A DNA stretch of 63,144 bases, filler included, from Octopus bimaculoides (taxonomy: Eukaryota), in the NCBI RefSeq assembly GCF_001194135.2. It is 4 parts of 4 records of this genome, joined end to end, with 100 filler letters (N's around TTAATTAATTAA, not from the genome) between each part and the next. Parts side by side here need not be neighbours in the genome. Positions count along the whole stretch, not along the records: positions 18,606 to 37,525 come from NC_068984.1; 3 more parts are not named here. One strand, 5' to 3'. The notes below the pieces were generated by a model that did no database searches, was not told the origin of the DNA, and saw only the letters and a list, made by a program, of their open reading frames with translations. Positions within the stretch are counted from its first letter, which is position 1. Every line of letters starts with the position of its first letter. This document shows, in pieces, positions 22,073 through 34,665 of this stretch. Both the position numbers and the translations under genes were made by a program.

Positions 22073-22703
22073 CTCATCATACACCAGGGTCCAATCTGTT
22101 TCTACAGCTGGATGCCCTTCCTAACGCCAACCACTCTGAGAGTGTAGTTGGTGCTTTTTACGTGCCACCAGCATGGGAGCCAGTCAGGTGGCACTGGCAT
22201 CGGCTAAGTGGAGATGGTGCTTTTTACGTGCTACCAACAAAGGAGCCATCCAAACATTGACCATGTTTGGATGGTGCTTTTTTGGGTAGCCAGTCAGATG
22301 GCACTGACAACGACCCACACATGCATGGTGTTTATTGCGTGCCACCAGCATGGGAGTCAGTCAGGTGGCACTGGCATCAGCCACAACTACAGTTCCATCT
22401 GATTGTGATTTGATTTGATTTTGATTTTACTTGACTCAATAGGTCTCCTCAAGCATGGAATGTCGCCCAACAATTCAAAGGTACTTTTTAAATGGGCTGG
22501 TTATGTGACACTGATGTAGGTTACAGCTGTGATCTCACTTTACTTGCCAGGTTTTCTCAATCACAGCATATCTCCAGAGGTCTTAGTCTTTCATCATTAC
22601 CTCTTTGAGGTACAACGTTAGAAGGTCATGCTTCACCACCTCATCCCATGTCTTCCTGGGTCTCCCTCTACCACGGGTTCTTTCCACTGTTAGGGAGTGA
22701 CAC
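22073..22703 (-). mobile_element. 5'-truncated RTE LINE: ORF2 C-terminus plus complete 3' UTR
   Basis: Minus strand CHSLTVERTRGRGRPRKTWDEVVKHDL...DLWRYAV, contiguous with the UTR repeats and family A core. Confidence 0.85.
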
Positions 22704-22734
22704 GTGTGTGTGTGTGTGTGTGCACATGGTGCAC

Positions 22735-22905
22735 ACAGCTCTCCTCAGGCTTCTCTCAGTTTCCATCAACTAAATCCACTCATAAGGCTTTGGTCAGCCA
22801 GAGCTTATAGCAGAAGACACTCACACAAGGTGCCACGCAATGGGACTGAAACCAAGATCATGTGATTGGGAAGCAAATTTCTTCCAACACATTCACACTT
22901 GGACC
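22735..22905 (-). mobile_element. SINE family B, 5' half
   Basis: AAATCCACTCATAAGGCTTTGGTC...GGTGCCACGCAATGGGACTGAAAC. Confidence 0.8.
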
Positions 22906-23576
22906 ATACTTAAATATTACACGCAAACTGGTAGATGCCTGATTTTGTTCTTCAGTCTTTAATTTTCATGCAAGTTAACCAGCAAATAAGTCAAAACAAT
23001 CTACACTAACCTTGTCAGGGGGGTTACTTTAAAATATAAGGTAAACATATAAATTTTAAAACAGTTACCAAGGAGCATAGTGTGTTTAGTTCCAGTAATT
23101 TATTCTTCAAGAAATATTTCAGTGAAATTATTCAATGAATTATTTAAGAGAATTTAGTAGCAATTGAAATAACAAAGAGAGTTTGTTTGTTTGTTTTTTC
23201 TTAGTGCTATTTCTGGCTTCATAATACTATAATCTGTAATACCACAATCATTAACACATTTTTATGGTCTGACCAACTACTCTGCTCTATCAAAATTAAT
23301 CCCACACTTCGAGCCAATCCATGTACAAAGCTATAGTATCTTATGTGATTATAATTTAATGAGGCAACAGAGCCTGTCAGTGATCTGGTGATCAATCAAC
23401 CGGAAATACTGTGTCCATAATTAAGCTCCTGATTTTACAAAACCCATAAACCTCTCTTTTTTTTTCTTTCTCTCTACAAACCAATGAGGGAACATCTATA
23501 TGATTGCTTGATCTACTAAAAATATCAACCAAATTTTCCTTAAATCCCATCCTATTTCATAAAAAGAAGACACTGG

Positions 23577-23654
<78 letters not shown>

Positions 23655-23914
23655 ATGGTGCATATGTGTGTGTTTTCCAAACATGGCCAACCAGATTTTT
23701 AATTTTTCTTTTTTGCTTTTCCTCTTTCTCAAGCAGGAAAGAAAAGGAAATGGGATGGTCATGGTTGGAACGCTTTTGAGTAGTCTGCTTAATCAAGTCT
23801 GAATTGCTACTCTCTTCAAAACCTTTCCTAACATTAATGATCCTTTCTACAACAGGCACAAGGCCTGAAATTATAGGGTGAGTGGGGGGGGGGTTGATAA
23901 TCAATTAATTACAT

Positions 23915-24048
23915 CAATCCTAGTGCTCAACTGGTACTTATTTCATTGACCTCTGCAGAATTTTAACTCACAACATAAAGACAGACAAAAATGATGCTAA
24001 GCATTTTGTCTGGCATACTAATGACTCTGCCAGCAGCTCACCGCCTTA
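23915..24048 (-). mobile_element. SINE family C, diverged
   Basis: CTCAACTGGTACTTATT...GCTAAGCATTTTGTCTGGC. Confidence 0.7.
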
Positions 24049-24427
24049 TTGCTTGACATTAATGATAAAAACTACTGTGACAGCCACAGATTCATGCTCC
24101 TACCGACTACATCACTCTTCCCATACACACACACTTTGTTCACTTAACAGAATTAACACTTATTATGCTTTTATATTCTTTATGAATGGACACTTCACAA
24201 CTTCACCACACTAACATCACAAATCTCAAAGAAGCAACCTGCACCCCATGCTCACATATCCATAATGGTTCACTTTCACACATCCCCACACAGACTCAAA
24301 CAGACATTCTTGATATAGTCAAACAAAAAGCTTCATTTACCAATGCTTGACAAATACCGAACCACTACACTGCATTCTTTCCAACCTGTCATTTCTACCA
24401 GTAATACAGCAATCATTTATCTTATAG

Positions 24428-24603
24428 TTGTTTCAGTCAATAGACTGAAGCATGCTGGGGCACCGCCTTGAAGGGCATTTAATCAAAGAAATCAACTCCA
24501 GTACCTTTTTTTATTTTTTTTTTGAGTCTAATACTTATGCTTTTGGTCTCTTTTGCCAAATCATTAAGTTATGCAGATGTAAACAAATCTATAAAGGACA
24601 CAT

Positions 24604-24652
<49 letters not shown>

Positions 24653-25200
24653 GGCGCAGGAGTGGCTGTGTGGTAAGTAGCTTGCTTACCAACCACATGG
24701 TTCCGGGTTCAATCCCACTGCATGGCATCTTGGGCAAGTGTCTTCTACTGTAGCCTCGGGCCAACCAAAGCCTTGTGAGTGGATTTGGTAGATGGAAACT
24801 GAAAGAAGCCCGTCATTTATATGTATAAGTATGTGTGTGTGTATGTGTCTGTGTTTGTCCCCCAACATCGTTTGACAACCGATGGTGGTGTGTTTACGTC
24901 CCCGTAACTTAGCGGTTTGGCAAAAGAGACCGATAGAATAAGTACTAGGCTTACAAAGAATAAGTCCTGGGGTCGATTTGCTCGACTAAAGCCGGTGCTC
25001 CAGCATGACCACAGTCAAATGACTGAAACAAGTAAAAGAGTAATATGTATGACAAACTTTTTTCACTTTCCATCTAACAAATCCACTCACAAGGCTTTGA
25101 TCAGCCTGGGGTTATTATAGAAGACACTTGCCAAAGTGCGCTGCACAGTGGGACATGGAAAGGAAGCAAGCTTCTTACCTATACAGCCACACCTGCTCCT
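24428..25200 (-). mobile_element. Older SINE B (host), split by a younger B copy
   Basis: 3' half at 24428-24600 and 5' half at 25065-25200, both in minus orientation. Confidence 0.75.
24653..25042 (+). mobile_element. SINE family B, full length, nested
   Basis: GGCGCAGGAGTGGCTGTGTGG head through to GTAAAAGAG tail. Confidence 0.9.
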
Positions 25201-25427
25201 CAAAACTCATTAACACTAAACCACACTATCTAAACCCAATTGATGTTGTATCTCCTCTCTAATCACTATTATCTCAAGCATGCACCAATCTCCCACCCTA
25301 GAATCATGAATGCCACCACTGTAGGTCACCTATCCATCAATCTCATGTTTATCTCTAACGGTTTCACATATACTGCACTAACCCCACTGAGGACAACTGG
25401 TAGACTGGTATATAAATATATGTGTGC

Positions 25428-25630
25428 GGGCATGTGACCAAGTGGTTAGAGTGTTACACGCATGATTGAGATATCATGGGTGTAATTTCCTGGATGGGTC
25501 ACTGTCTTGTGTTCTTGAGCAAAACATCTCATGTTGCTCTACAGTCACTTTGACATCTGACATGTGGCACACCATGCACCAGTTCAGGCAATGTTGATTT
25601 GATGGAAGGAGTGAGCTAATGTGCAGGCTA
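25428..25630 (+). mobile_element. SINE family E, diverged
   Basis: CCAAGTGGTTAGAGTG...TGTGTTCTTGAGCAAAACA. Confidence 0.65.
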
Positions 25631-26564
25631 AATCATCTGTGCAGCAAAACCCTCATCTGTCATCTACAACAGGACAGAAGAGAAAGAGTTTGTATTTGTG
25701 TGTGTGTACACATGTGTATAAATATGAACAATTCAAAATCTATTAAACAAAGATTGCAGACATATCCGTGTGATTAAGAGGTTTGCTTGGCAGCCACATG
25801 ATTTTGGGTTATGTCCCACTGCATGGAACCTTCGTTAAGTGTCTTCTATTATAGCCTCAGGTTGAATGAAGTTTGGTACCTGTCATATATGCATGTATGT
25901 GTGCATGTGTATATGTACACACATGCATCTGTGTGTGTGTGTGCATGCGTACAAGTCTTTGTATTAATACTATTCAACTAGCAGTGTTTACATTTATGTC
26001 TCTCATAAACAAAATGTTCAGCAGCTCAGCAATTTCTATGAAGTCATGGAATAATGTACCCTACTTGAATAACAAGTACAGTTTGACGTCAAGGAAAACA
26101 TCCAGCCATAGAATACTGCCTCACCAAATCTCAACCAACTCATGCCCCTATAGAAATAGCAGATCTAAAAACGATGGTGATGGTGATAACTAATTATTTG
26201 TTTTATCCCTTTATTGATTTATTGCAGAAAAGGAACATATTAAAATGAAAATTTATTTTTATTTTGTTACTGCAACTTGTTCACAGCAGCTTTGCTGATT
26301 ACGGGTTTCCAACGGGGCCAACCATTACATCACTGCATTTTTGATAGTGTAAGCAATAAAGGAGTATCTACAACACAGTGTATTTTGAAGTTCAGAACTC
26401 TTTTAGCAAAGTGATGTCTAAACTGGTTGAAACCAAGCAATGGTATGAATGCTCCTATCATGGGTTAGGTTCCTATCAAGGCTTGATCTTAACCTTGAAA
26501 ACTACTGAAGTACTGACTTTTCACTGATATTTGCATCCTCTAATGATGTACAGCAAAAGCTATA

Positions 26565-26890
26565 AAAGGGTAAAGACCGCCTTTGGTCATGAATGACAAT
26601 GGGTTGCACCAAGATAATTCCCCTCTGAGGCACAAGTCTGGGCAAGATTGTTTATGGAGGACCAGCAGATGCCCATGCACACCAGCTTCCCCTCTCCACA
26701 CCACCGATGTTATCCAAGGGAAAGGCAAAGGCCAATACAGCTTGGCGCCAGTGATATCACAACTCACTTCTACAGCTGTGTGAACTGGAGCACTGTGAAA
26801 TAAAATGTCTTGCTCAAGAATACAACACACAGCCTGGTCTGGGAATTGAACTCACTATCTCATAATTGTGAGCCCAATGCTCTAACCACT
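26565..26890 (-). mobile_element. tRNA-headed SINE related to family E, with a long 3' part
   Basis: Minus strand head GTGGTTAGAGCATTGGGCTCAC...GAGTTCAATTCCCAGACC...TTCTTGAGCAAGACA. Confidence 0.7.
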
Positions 26891-26919
26891 GATCCACATC
26901 CAGACATATTTGACAGGTT

Positions 26920-27070
26920 TCAACATAGTTTCAAACAATCAAGTTTCACCTATAAGATATTGGGTCAACCCAAGGCTTTGGTAGAAGATCCTTAATCAAG
27001 GTGCCACATAGTAGGATCGAACCCAGTACCATGTGGTTGCAAAGGAAAATTCTTAACCACACAGCCATAT
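26920..27070 (-). mobile_element. SINE family B, 5' half, diverged
   Basis: AAGGTGCCACATAGTAGGATCGAACCCAGTACCATGTGGTTG. Confidence 0.7.
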
Positions 27071-27511
27071 TTGTGTCCATATAGATGGTAGATATCTGTG
27101 TGAAACAGATGCACAAACACTATCTCTTCCCTCCTATCTAGAAAAGCAGGTTGGCTTCTTCAGAGGAATGTGTTAAAAATAATATAGACAGGTAAACATT
27201 CAAAATACAAAAACATAAATTATTAGGTCACTGGTATGACTAGTATGAATTCGATTTTAACTGTACTTGATTGTACAATGGAACTCACTTTCACAAATTG
27301 ATATACACATGTGATTCTCTGTTACCATAAACATAACATTATATATACATGAAGTATACACAATCACTTAAAGCTGAGTGCTAATGAAACTTCTTTTTTT
27401 CTTTATGGAAAGTTTAAAATAAATGCTTACAAATATATTTTCATGTTACTATCTTGACTTAACCTACCTCAAAAACATTGTGATAAAACTTGACAAAGAA
27501 TATTCAGAAAC

Positions 27512-28092
27512 TCATCATCATCATCATCGTTTCACGTCCGCTTTCCATGCTAGCATGAGTTGGACAATTTGACTGAGGACTGGTGATCCAGATGGCTACA
27601 CCAGGCTTCAATCTGATTTGGCAGAGTTTCTACAGCTGGATGCCCTTCCTAACACCAACCACTCCGAGGGTGTAGTGGGTGCTTTTACGTGCCACTGGCA
27701 TGAAGTCAGGCGGTACTGGCAACGGCCACGCTCAAAATGGTGTATTTTACGTGCCATCTGCACAGGAGCNNNNNNNNNNACAATTTGACTGAGGACTGGT
27801 GATCCAGATGGCTACACCAGGCTTCAATCTGATTTGGCAGAGTTTCTACAGCTGGATGCCCTTCCTAACACCAACCACTCCGAGGGTGTAGTGGGTGCTT
27901 TTACGTGCCACTGGCATGAAGTCAGGCGGTACTGGCAACGGCCACGCTCAAAATGGTGTATTTTACGTGCCATCTGCACAGGAGCCAGTCCAGCGGCACT
28001 GGCAACAATCTCACTCAAATGACTTTTCACGTGCCACCGGCACAAGTGCTAGGAGCGTGAAGTTGCGGCACAAGTGCCAGGAAGGCGACGCT
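27512..28092 (-). mobile_element. RTE 3' end (family A), partly duplicated across a 10-N gap
   Basis: (CAT)n tail at the left; 27566-27769 repeats from 27781. Confidence 0.85.
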
Positions 28093-28674
28093 GGTAAAGC
28101 TTACTATTTTTCTAAAAAGAAAAACCCATATAATAAAGACAAGTATAACAGTTATAGAAACAAGGAGTTAGTAAATAACTTTGTTGAGGAAGAATTAGAG
28201 TAAATTAAATCAAATGCAGTATATTACTGGTACATATTGTATTGACCTCTCCCTCCTCATCGCCAGAGAAATGAAAGGCAGGAGTGTGAATACAACTATA
28301 CAAGGGTAAAATTAAAAGCAGTCAGGCAATTTAATTTTGTAGCCTAACATTTCTGAAAGTATGCTGCTTTTCATTGTCTAACTATTAACATCAAGGAAAT
28401 GAGAAAAATTGTTTAACAAGAAATTAGTAATTAAATCCAAGATTTTTTGTTATATACAATGATATGGATTCAGGAAGGAAGATAAGAAAAGATTTTAAGA
28501 TGAATTAATATATCAGCAAAGATAATCACTTGTATTCAACAGGAAAAGGAAAAGTTAAAAGATACAATCAATGTAAATTATTTAATTTTTTCAACTTCAC
28601 AAGGGAGGAGTCTCTTTCTCTTTGTGGCCACTCTGCTAAAAATAGTAGTCAAATCTTTCTCAAATCTCACCATC

Positions 28675-28815
28675 ACCATCATCACCACTTTTTTAACAAC
28701 TATCTTCCATGCTGGCATGGGATGGACAGTTTATCCAACACATCAGAGGACTGGCATGCTATAATGTCTGCTTTGGCAAAACTTCTACATCTGGATGCCC
28801 TTCCTAACATCACTG
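28675..28815 (-). mobile_element. RTE 3' end (family A), diverged
   Basis: TTCCATGCTGGCATGGG...CTACATCTGGATGCCCTTCCTAAC. Confidence 0.7.
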
Positions 28816-28922
28816 AGTGTTTTATAGTTATTAAAAAAAATATAGGTAGGACACATGAGCCAAAGAAGGAGCATTTAAACTGTTGGTTGAAACAAGGCAA
28901 TGGTATGAATATTTCTATCATG

Positions 28923-29075
28923 GTGGCTGTGTGGTAAATAGCTTGCTTACCAACCACATGGTTCTGGGTTCAGTCCCACTGCGTGGCACCTTGGGCAAGT
29001 GTCTTCTACTATAACCTCAGGCCGACCAAAGCCTTGTGAGTGGATTTGGTAGATGGAAACTGAAAGAAGCCTGTC

Positions 29076-29131
<56 letters not shown>

Positions 29132-29350
29132 GTGTGTGTGTATATGTTTGTGTGTCTGCTTGTCCCCCCAACTTCGCTTGACAACCGATGCTGGTGTGTT
29201 TACGTCCCCGTAACTTAGCGGTTCGGCAAAAAGAGACCAATAGAATAAGTACTAGGCTTACAAAGAATAAGTCCTGGGGTCGATTTGCTCGACTAAAGGC
29301 GGTGCCCCAGCATGGCCGCAGTCAAATGACTGAAACAAGTAAAAGAGTAA
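28923..29350 (+). mobile_element. SINE family B, full length
   Basis: Head, long central (TA)n, GTAAAAGAGTAA tail. Confidence 0.9.
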
Positions 29351-30055
29351 GGCTCTTAACAAGGTTTGATCATGGCCCTGAAGCACTTGTTTATTAATTA
29401 TACTGGAGTCCAGTGGCATGTGGATCTGATTTTGTTCCACTTGTGGTGTCTAAATACAGATGAGTAGACTGAGCCAGTGAAAGTTCAGTGCTTTAGCTCT
29501 GAATGCAGCAGAACGCAGGTGGCGAAATACAAACCAATGATCATTCAGCTCATAACCTGACACCTTACTGACTGAGTGAGAAATGCAATAAGTAGCTTTG
29601 ATCCAGAAAAAAATTTAGCTTTCACATCAAGTGTCCTAACTGCAAATAGTTTTTTTTTTTTAAATGAATAAAAAATTAAATTAATCTAGGGTAGATATGT
29701 TACCTTAATCACATTCAGAGTTGTACAAGGAAGTTAATACTGAACTGAACATTAGGATATTATAAGACAAGTTGAAATGCAAAAAATAAGCAAATAAGCT
29801 GGGTGAGAGAGAAAGAGAAAATGCAAAAATTAAGATCACAATGAAGACGGGAGACAAAGCAAACTTAGCATTTTAGTTTTGTAGGAAAAAATCCCTAGGG
29901 AAAATTGAAAGACAAAAAGAATGTTTCAACAGGGAAAACAAAGCCAGATTTCAACTCGTACATGTTGTATGCATTTTTATTCATCTCATGTACACACACA
30001 CACATATAAATATACACTATATACAGATAAATTCAGACACACACACACACACATA

Positions 30056-30667
30056 GTTGTGGTAAGAAGGTTGCTTTCTAACCACATGCTTTTGATTTCA
30101 GTCCCACTGCATAGCACCTTGGGCAAGTGTCTTCTGCTATAGACTCAGGCTGATCAAAGCCCTGTGAATGAATTTGATAGNNNNNNNNNNNNNNNNNNNN
30201 NNNNNNNNNNNNNNNNNNNNNNNNNNNNNNNNNNNNNNNNNNNNNNNNNNNNNNNNNNNNNNNNNNNNNNNNNNNNNNNNNNNNNNNNNNNNNNNNNNNN
30301 NNNNNNNNNNNNNNNNNNNNNNNNNNNNNNNNNNNNNNNNNNNNNNNNNNNNNNNNNNNNNNNNNNNNNNNNNNNNNNNNNNNNNNNNNNNNNNNNNNNN
30401 NNNNNNNNNNNNNNNNNNNNNNNNNNNNNNNNNNNNNNNNNNNNNNNNNNNNNNNNNNNNNTGTGTGTGTTCAATACCATTTGATAACTGGTGTTGGTGC
30501 ATTTACATCTCCATAACTTAGCGGTTCAGCAAATGTGACCCATAGAATAAGTACTAGGCTTCAGAAAATAATAAGTCCTGAGGTCAGTTTGTCCAACTAA
30601 AATCCTTCCAGGAAGTGCCCCAGCATAGCTACTATCAAATGACTAAAATAAGCAAAAGATAAAAAGA
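30056..30667 (+). mobile_element. SINE family B spanning a gap in its central microsatellite
   Basis: 5' half before and 3' half after the N-run at 30181-30471. Confidence 0.8.
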
Positions 30668-30963
30668 AATTTTTCTTTTTAAAAATCCACAACCTTCCAT
30701 CTCAATAGACCACTATTGTCCCTGAAAGTCGTTTTTTATATTTACTACAGATTGTTTGAAGCTAACTTTCTTCCTACACTTTGATCCCTAGTTAAACTAC
30801 AATTTTAAAGCCTTCACTGTGAAACCAAGATGTGAAAATACATTGTTATTCTCTTCATGCACAGGATAATAAAGGAAACTGCCCAGGCATGTGTCATGGC
30901 TCATTGATTACTCATGAGAGAACAAGTACCACCTCATTCTTCTGCCTTTGAAGCAATTGCTAT

Positions 30964-31403
30964 TTAACCTTTTAGCATTTACACCAGCTATATTTGGCCA
31001 AAATATTCTACCTTGTTTTATGTTCAAGTAAGTCAGATCCAGCCTCTCACACCTACCCTACAATGTCATTCTAAAAATAAATAATCACATCATCAAAATC
31101 TTGAAGCTACAAGATAATGCATCATTAATTCAAACAAGCATCATCATCACCATCATCGTTTAACATCTGTTTTCCATGCTAGCATGTGTTGAATGATTTG
31201 ACATGGAACTGGCTAGCAGAGAGCTGTCCAGACTCCAGCTGTCTGTTGTGGCATGGTTTCTATGGCTGGATACCCTTCTTAACACCAATCACTTAACAGA
31301 ATGTGCTGGGTACTTCCTACATGCTGTCAGCATGGGTGCGCTTACACAGCACCGGTACATAAGCATTACATTTGATAAAGTAATCTAAATGATAAAGGGT
31401 TGA
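30964..31403. mobile_element. piggyBac-type MITE (family G) containing a nested RTE 3' end
   Basis: TTAA-CCTTTTAGCATT left end; AATGATAAAGGG-TTGA right end; minus-strand RTE tail at about 31139-31357. Confidence 0.7.
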
Positions 31404-31549
31404 ATCAAATACAGTCTAGAAATTAGCTGCAATGGCTACATGAATTTGCTTAGCTAATTAAATTGTCTATTTACAACACTAACTTCAAGAAAATAATCAG
31501 CGATCTGATCACCTACCAATCAGGAAAACACACAAGCCAGATAGATATT

Positions 31550-33320
31550 GTAGTTGTAAGGAAACAGGAAAGACAGAATGTCTGTGTGAATGCACCGCTC
31601 AACATTGACAGGTGATTAGTGACTTCAGACTAAGTACTAGATAGACCCAGAGACACACGACAATCTGAAAGAAGGAAGGATTGGAAGCTGAAAAAAGCTC
31701 TCAACCATTTGCAGGCTCAGAGAAATACAAATTGACACATAGAACAGGAGTGAGGAGGAGACAGAAACTTATAACACAGAAAGACAACTGGAAGATTCTA
31801 TGAGAGCCTGTTGAGGGCTACAGATTAGATTTGTGGCCGATGCAAGATTCCAAACCAGGCAGATGGTGATATGTGGAATAGAACTGTATGTAAAGCTGTA
31901 CAGCTATATAAAAGGAGAGGTCTCAAAGGACTGGAAGAAAGGTGGGCAGCAGAAAACAATACCAAGTAGCTAGAAAAGAAATAAGATATCAATTAAATTA
32001 GCAAAAAACAAGAGGTGTACACATGGTCTGTAGTGTGAGGATGAAAAGCATGAAGTGTCCTGGATTGAAAACTGATAGATTAAAGATGGGAAGCATTAGA
32101 AAGAAATGTGAATGAAGTGACAGTGACTCAACAGCACTTACTAATGCTGAAGCATGGAAATGCTATTACGAGAGTTTGAATGAGAAGACTGAATGGAAGA
32201 AATAAGGTTTACTCCCCTATAGAAAGATCAGCATTTGAAGCTGACAACAGTAGAATGGTAGAAAGTATGATTAAGGATATGAGAGCAGAAGAACACAGCT
32301 AGATCATCGGGGTTAGTTGCTGGGGTGCTTAAAGTATCTGGTGGCAGTCATTTACATAGTTGATCAGGGAGTTCAGTTTTATGCTTAAAATATCACTCAA
32401 CAGACACACATTCAATCAATTTCATGCCAAGAAGAGGTTTTATTGATGTCCTGTTCCAAGTGAGACAACTGTAGAAATACTTAGCAACTTGGAGAAGGCT
32501 TTTTAACAGAATTGCACTATCTGTATTTCTCTGGACTACAGATAATGAAGATAGATTGTGAGAGCCATAGAAGTACTGTCTGCAAATTGAGAGCTAGCAA
32601 GTTCAGCAAGGAATTTAGCATGTAAGTAGGAAGTCCATAACTTCTCAGTTCTCAGCCCCCTCCTAACCATAACAGAGAAGTTTAAGACCAGCTGTCTGTG
32701 AGAACTGCTGTATGCTAATGACCTAGTTCTTACAATTGAATATGTAGATGAATTAGAGAAAGCAAATTCCAGACATGGAAACAAACTTAAAAATTGAGAG
32801 GTCTCAATGTAAACTTAGCAAAGATCGAGATTTTAGTCAGTCAGTAGTAAAAAAAAAAAAAGGCAGGCCTGTTGCTATGAAGGAAATAGCCATGTTCTAA
32901 TATGCAGAAAAAGATTAAGTAGAAATGTCATACAGTGTATTCATTGTAAACTATGGATGCACAAGAAATGTAATGGAATCACAGGCAGCTGATGGAGAAG
33001 ATAAATTTTTTCAAGTGGCAGATACACAGAAGCAGGCATCAGTATGAGAACACATGAAATAGATTTCTTTCAAATACCCAGAAGACTCCTTAGAAGCAGT
33101 TGTTACCTAGGTAATCTAATTAATTGTGAAGGTGGGTATTTTGAGGATACAGTAACAGGTGGCAAAAGATCAGAGAACTATTACCTCTACTGGTAACAAA
33201 GGATTTCTCTCTCATGTGTATAAAATGCAATACTACATGGTAGCAAAATGCAAGCCTTGAATACAGCATATATATAAAGGTTAGAAAGAAATGAAGCCAA
33301 CATACTCTTGTATAAATTTA
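31550..33320 (+). pseudogene. Decayed RTE-clade LINE ORF2 (reverse transcriptase)
   Basis: FMPRRGFIDVLFQVRQL; ELLYANDLVL (YADD box); RGLNVNLAKIEILV; CIHCKLWMHKKC; CYLGNLI; many stops and indels. Confidence 0.85.
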
Positions 33321-33648
33321 GTCTACATGAATGACAGAGCACAAATGAGCTGGATGTACTTTGAATCTGCTTTAATCTAGATCTCATGATTACTTAGCAT
33401 ATTTGTATATTCTATACCTACCACACGCATACATATAAATTTGCCAACCCTGTTCAGCTGAATACCAGCATAAAAAAAAATCATTGGTATCATCAAATAA
33501 ACTTATACATCAGTTTTCTTTGGTTTCGTAGTTAGAGCTTATCTAACTACCCAGACACTTCATTTTACCTGGATTCCCTTGTTGTGTCTGTTCTTGCAAA
33601 AGTGAAGTAGATAGCTTAGGTTTTAAGTTCAAATCTGTAATAGGTATT

Positions 33649-33873
33649 TTAACCCTTTAGCATTTAGAAGGTCATATCAGGCCCAAATATTCTACCTTGT
33701 TTTTATGTTCAAACTGGCCAGATTCAGCCCCTCACCCCTACACTACAATGTCATTCTAAAAATAAACAATCACTTCATCAAAATCTTGAAGCTATATGAA
33801 CCTGCATGATTAATTCAAAACAATGTGAATCAATAAGCGTCATGTTTGACAGAGTAATCTGAATACTAAAAGG
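33649..33873. mobile_element. piggyBac-type MITE (family G), near complete
   Basis: TTAA-CCCTTTAGCATT ... AATACTAAAAGG terminal inverted repeat. Confidence 0.75.
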
Positions 33874-34610
33874 ATTTTTTTTCCCTAGGTTGTTCTCCAA
33901 CCCTCTAAACCCTAAATCCTATAATTCCTCTTTTTATTTATCAGTCAAGAACAAATACCAGGTCATATGAGAAAGGGAATGGTATCCTGTCTAACATAAG
34001 ATTTATTTCTCTGGCAACTGGATCTTAGTAGACACTTTCAACTTGTAGTCATAACCAATGTAGCTTCCCCATTTTCCATGCCATACATACATTGATTCCT
34101 GGTGAAACAATTAACACATAGCTAAGTAGAGGTAGTGGGGGAGGGGCGGGTTAGAATGGATCGTTGATTGAGCTTATTTTATGCAGGAACTTACACCAGA
34201 ATGTCCAGTGTATAGCCATAAACTCTTTCTTGAATGGCATCTTAACAAGAAGGAACGATAATTTTTTTGTGATTTATCACAAAGGAAGAAGGAGGGTGTC
34301 TTATAGAAGAATGTGAGCTCAGCACAATGTGCTAATAAAACACTTGCCAAGTCTTCAAAGCATTACTCTACTTACAGTAGGAACTTGTATCTCCCTATGT
34401 TATCATCCATTCATAAGTGTACTGGGAGCTTGAAAGGGAACCCAGTTCCTATGATACAAAATAAATCCTCAAGATTTCAACAAACCAACAGACATCCCAA
34501 CACCATAACCAGATGTGATTGCAATAAACCCAGATTAGCCTTAATCAAACAGACCTTCCAGTTGTAATCATCTTACTATTTTGTATATAAGGAATTACAT
34601 TCATTTAGAT

Positions 34611-34665
34611 CAGTGGTTCTCAACTTGAGGTCCATATAAGATTTTGCTGTTAAAATTTATGTGCA
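34611..34665 (+). mobile_element. hAT MITE left-end fragment
   Basis: CAGTGGTTCTCAAC after ATTTAGAT; body similar to 45805-45880. Confidence 0.55.

Noticed and set aside
29400-29600. Possible coding exon (minus frame GYELNDHWFVFRHLRS...)
   Set aside because: Short, with no convincing splice pair and no recognisable homology.
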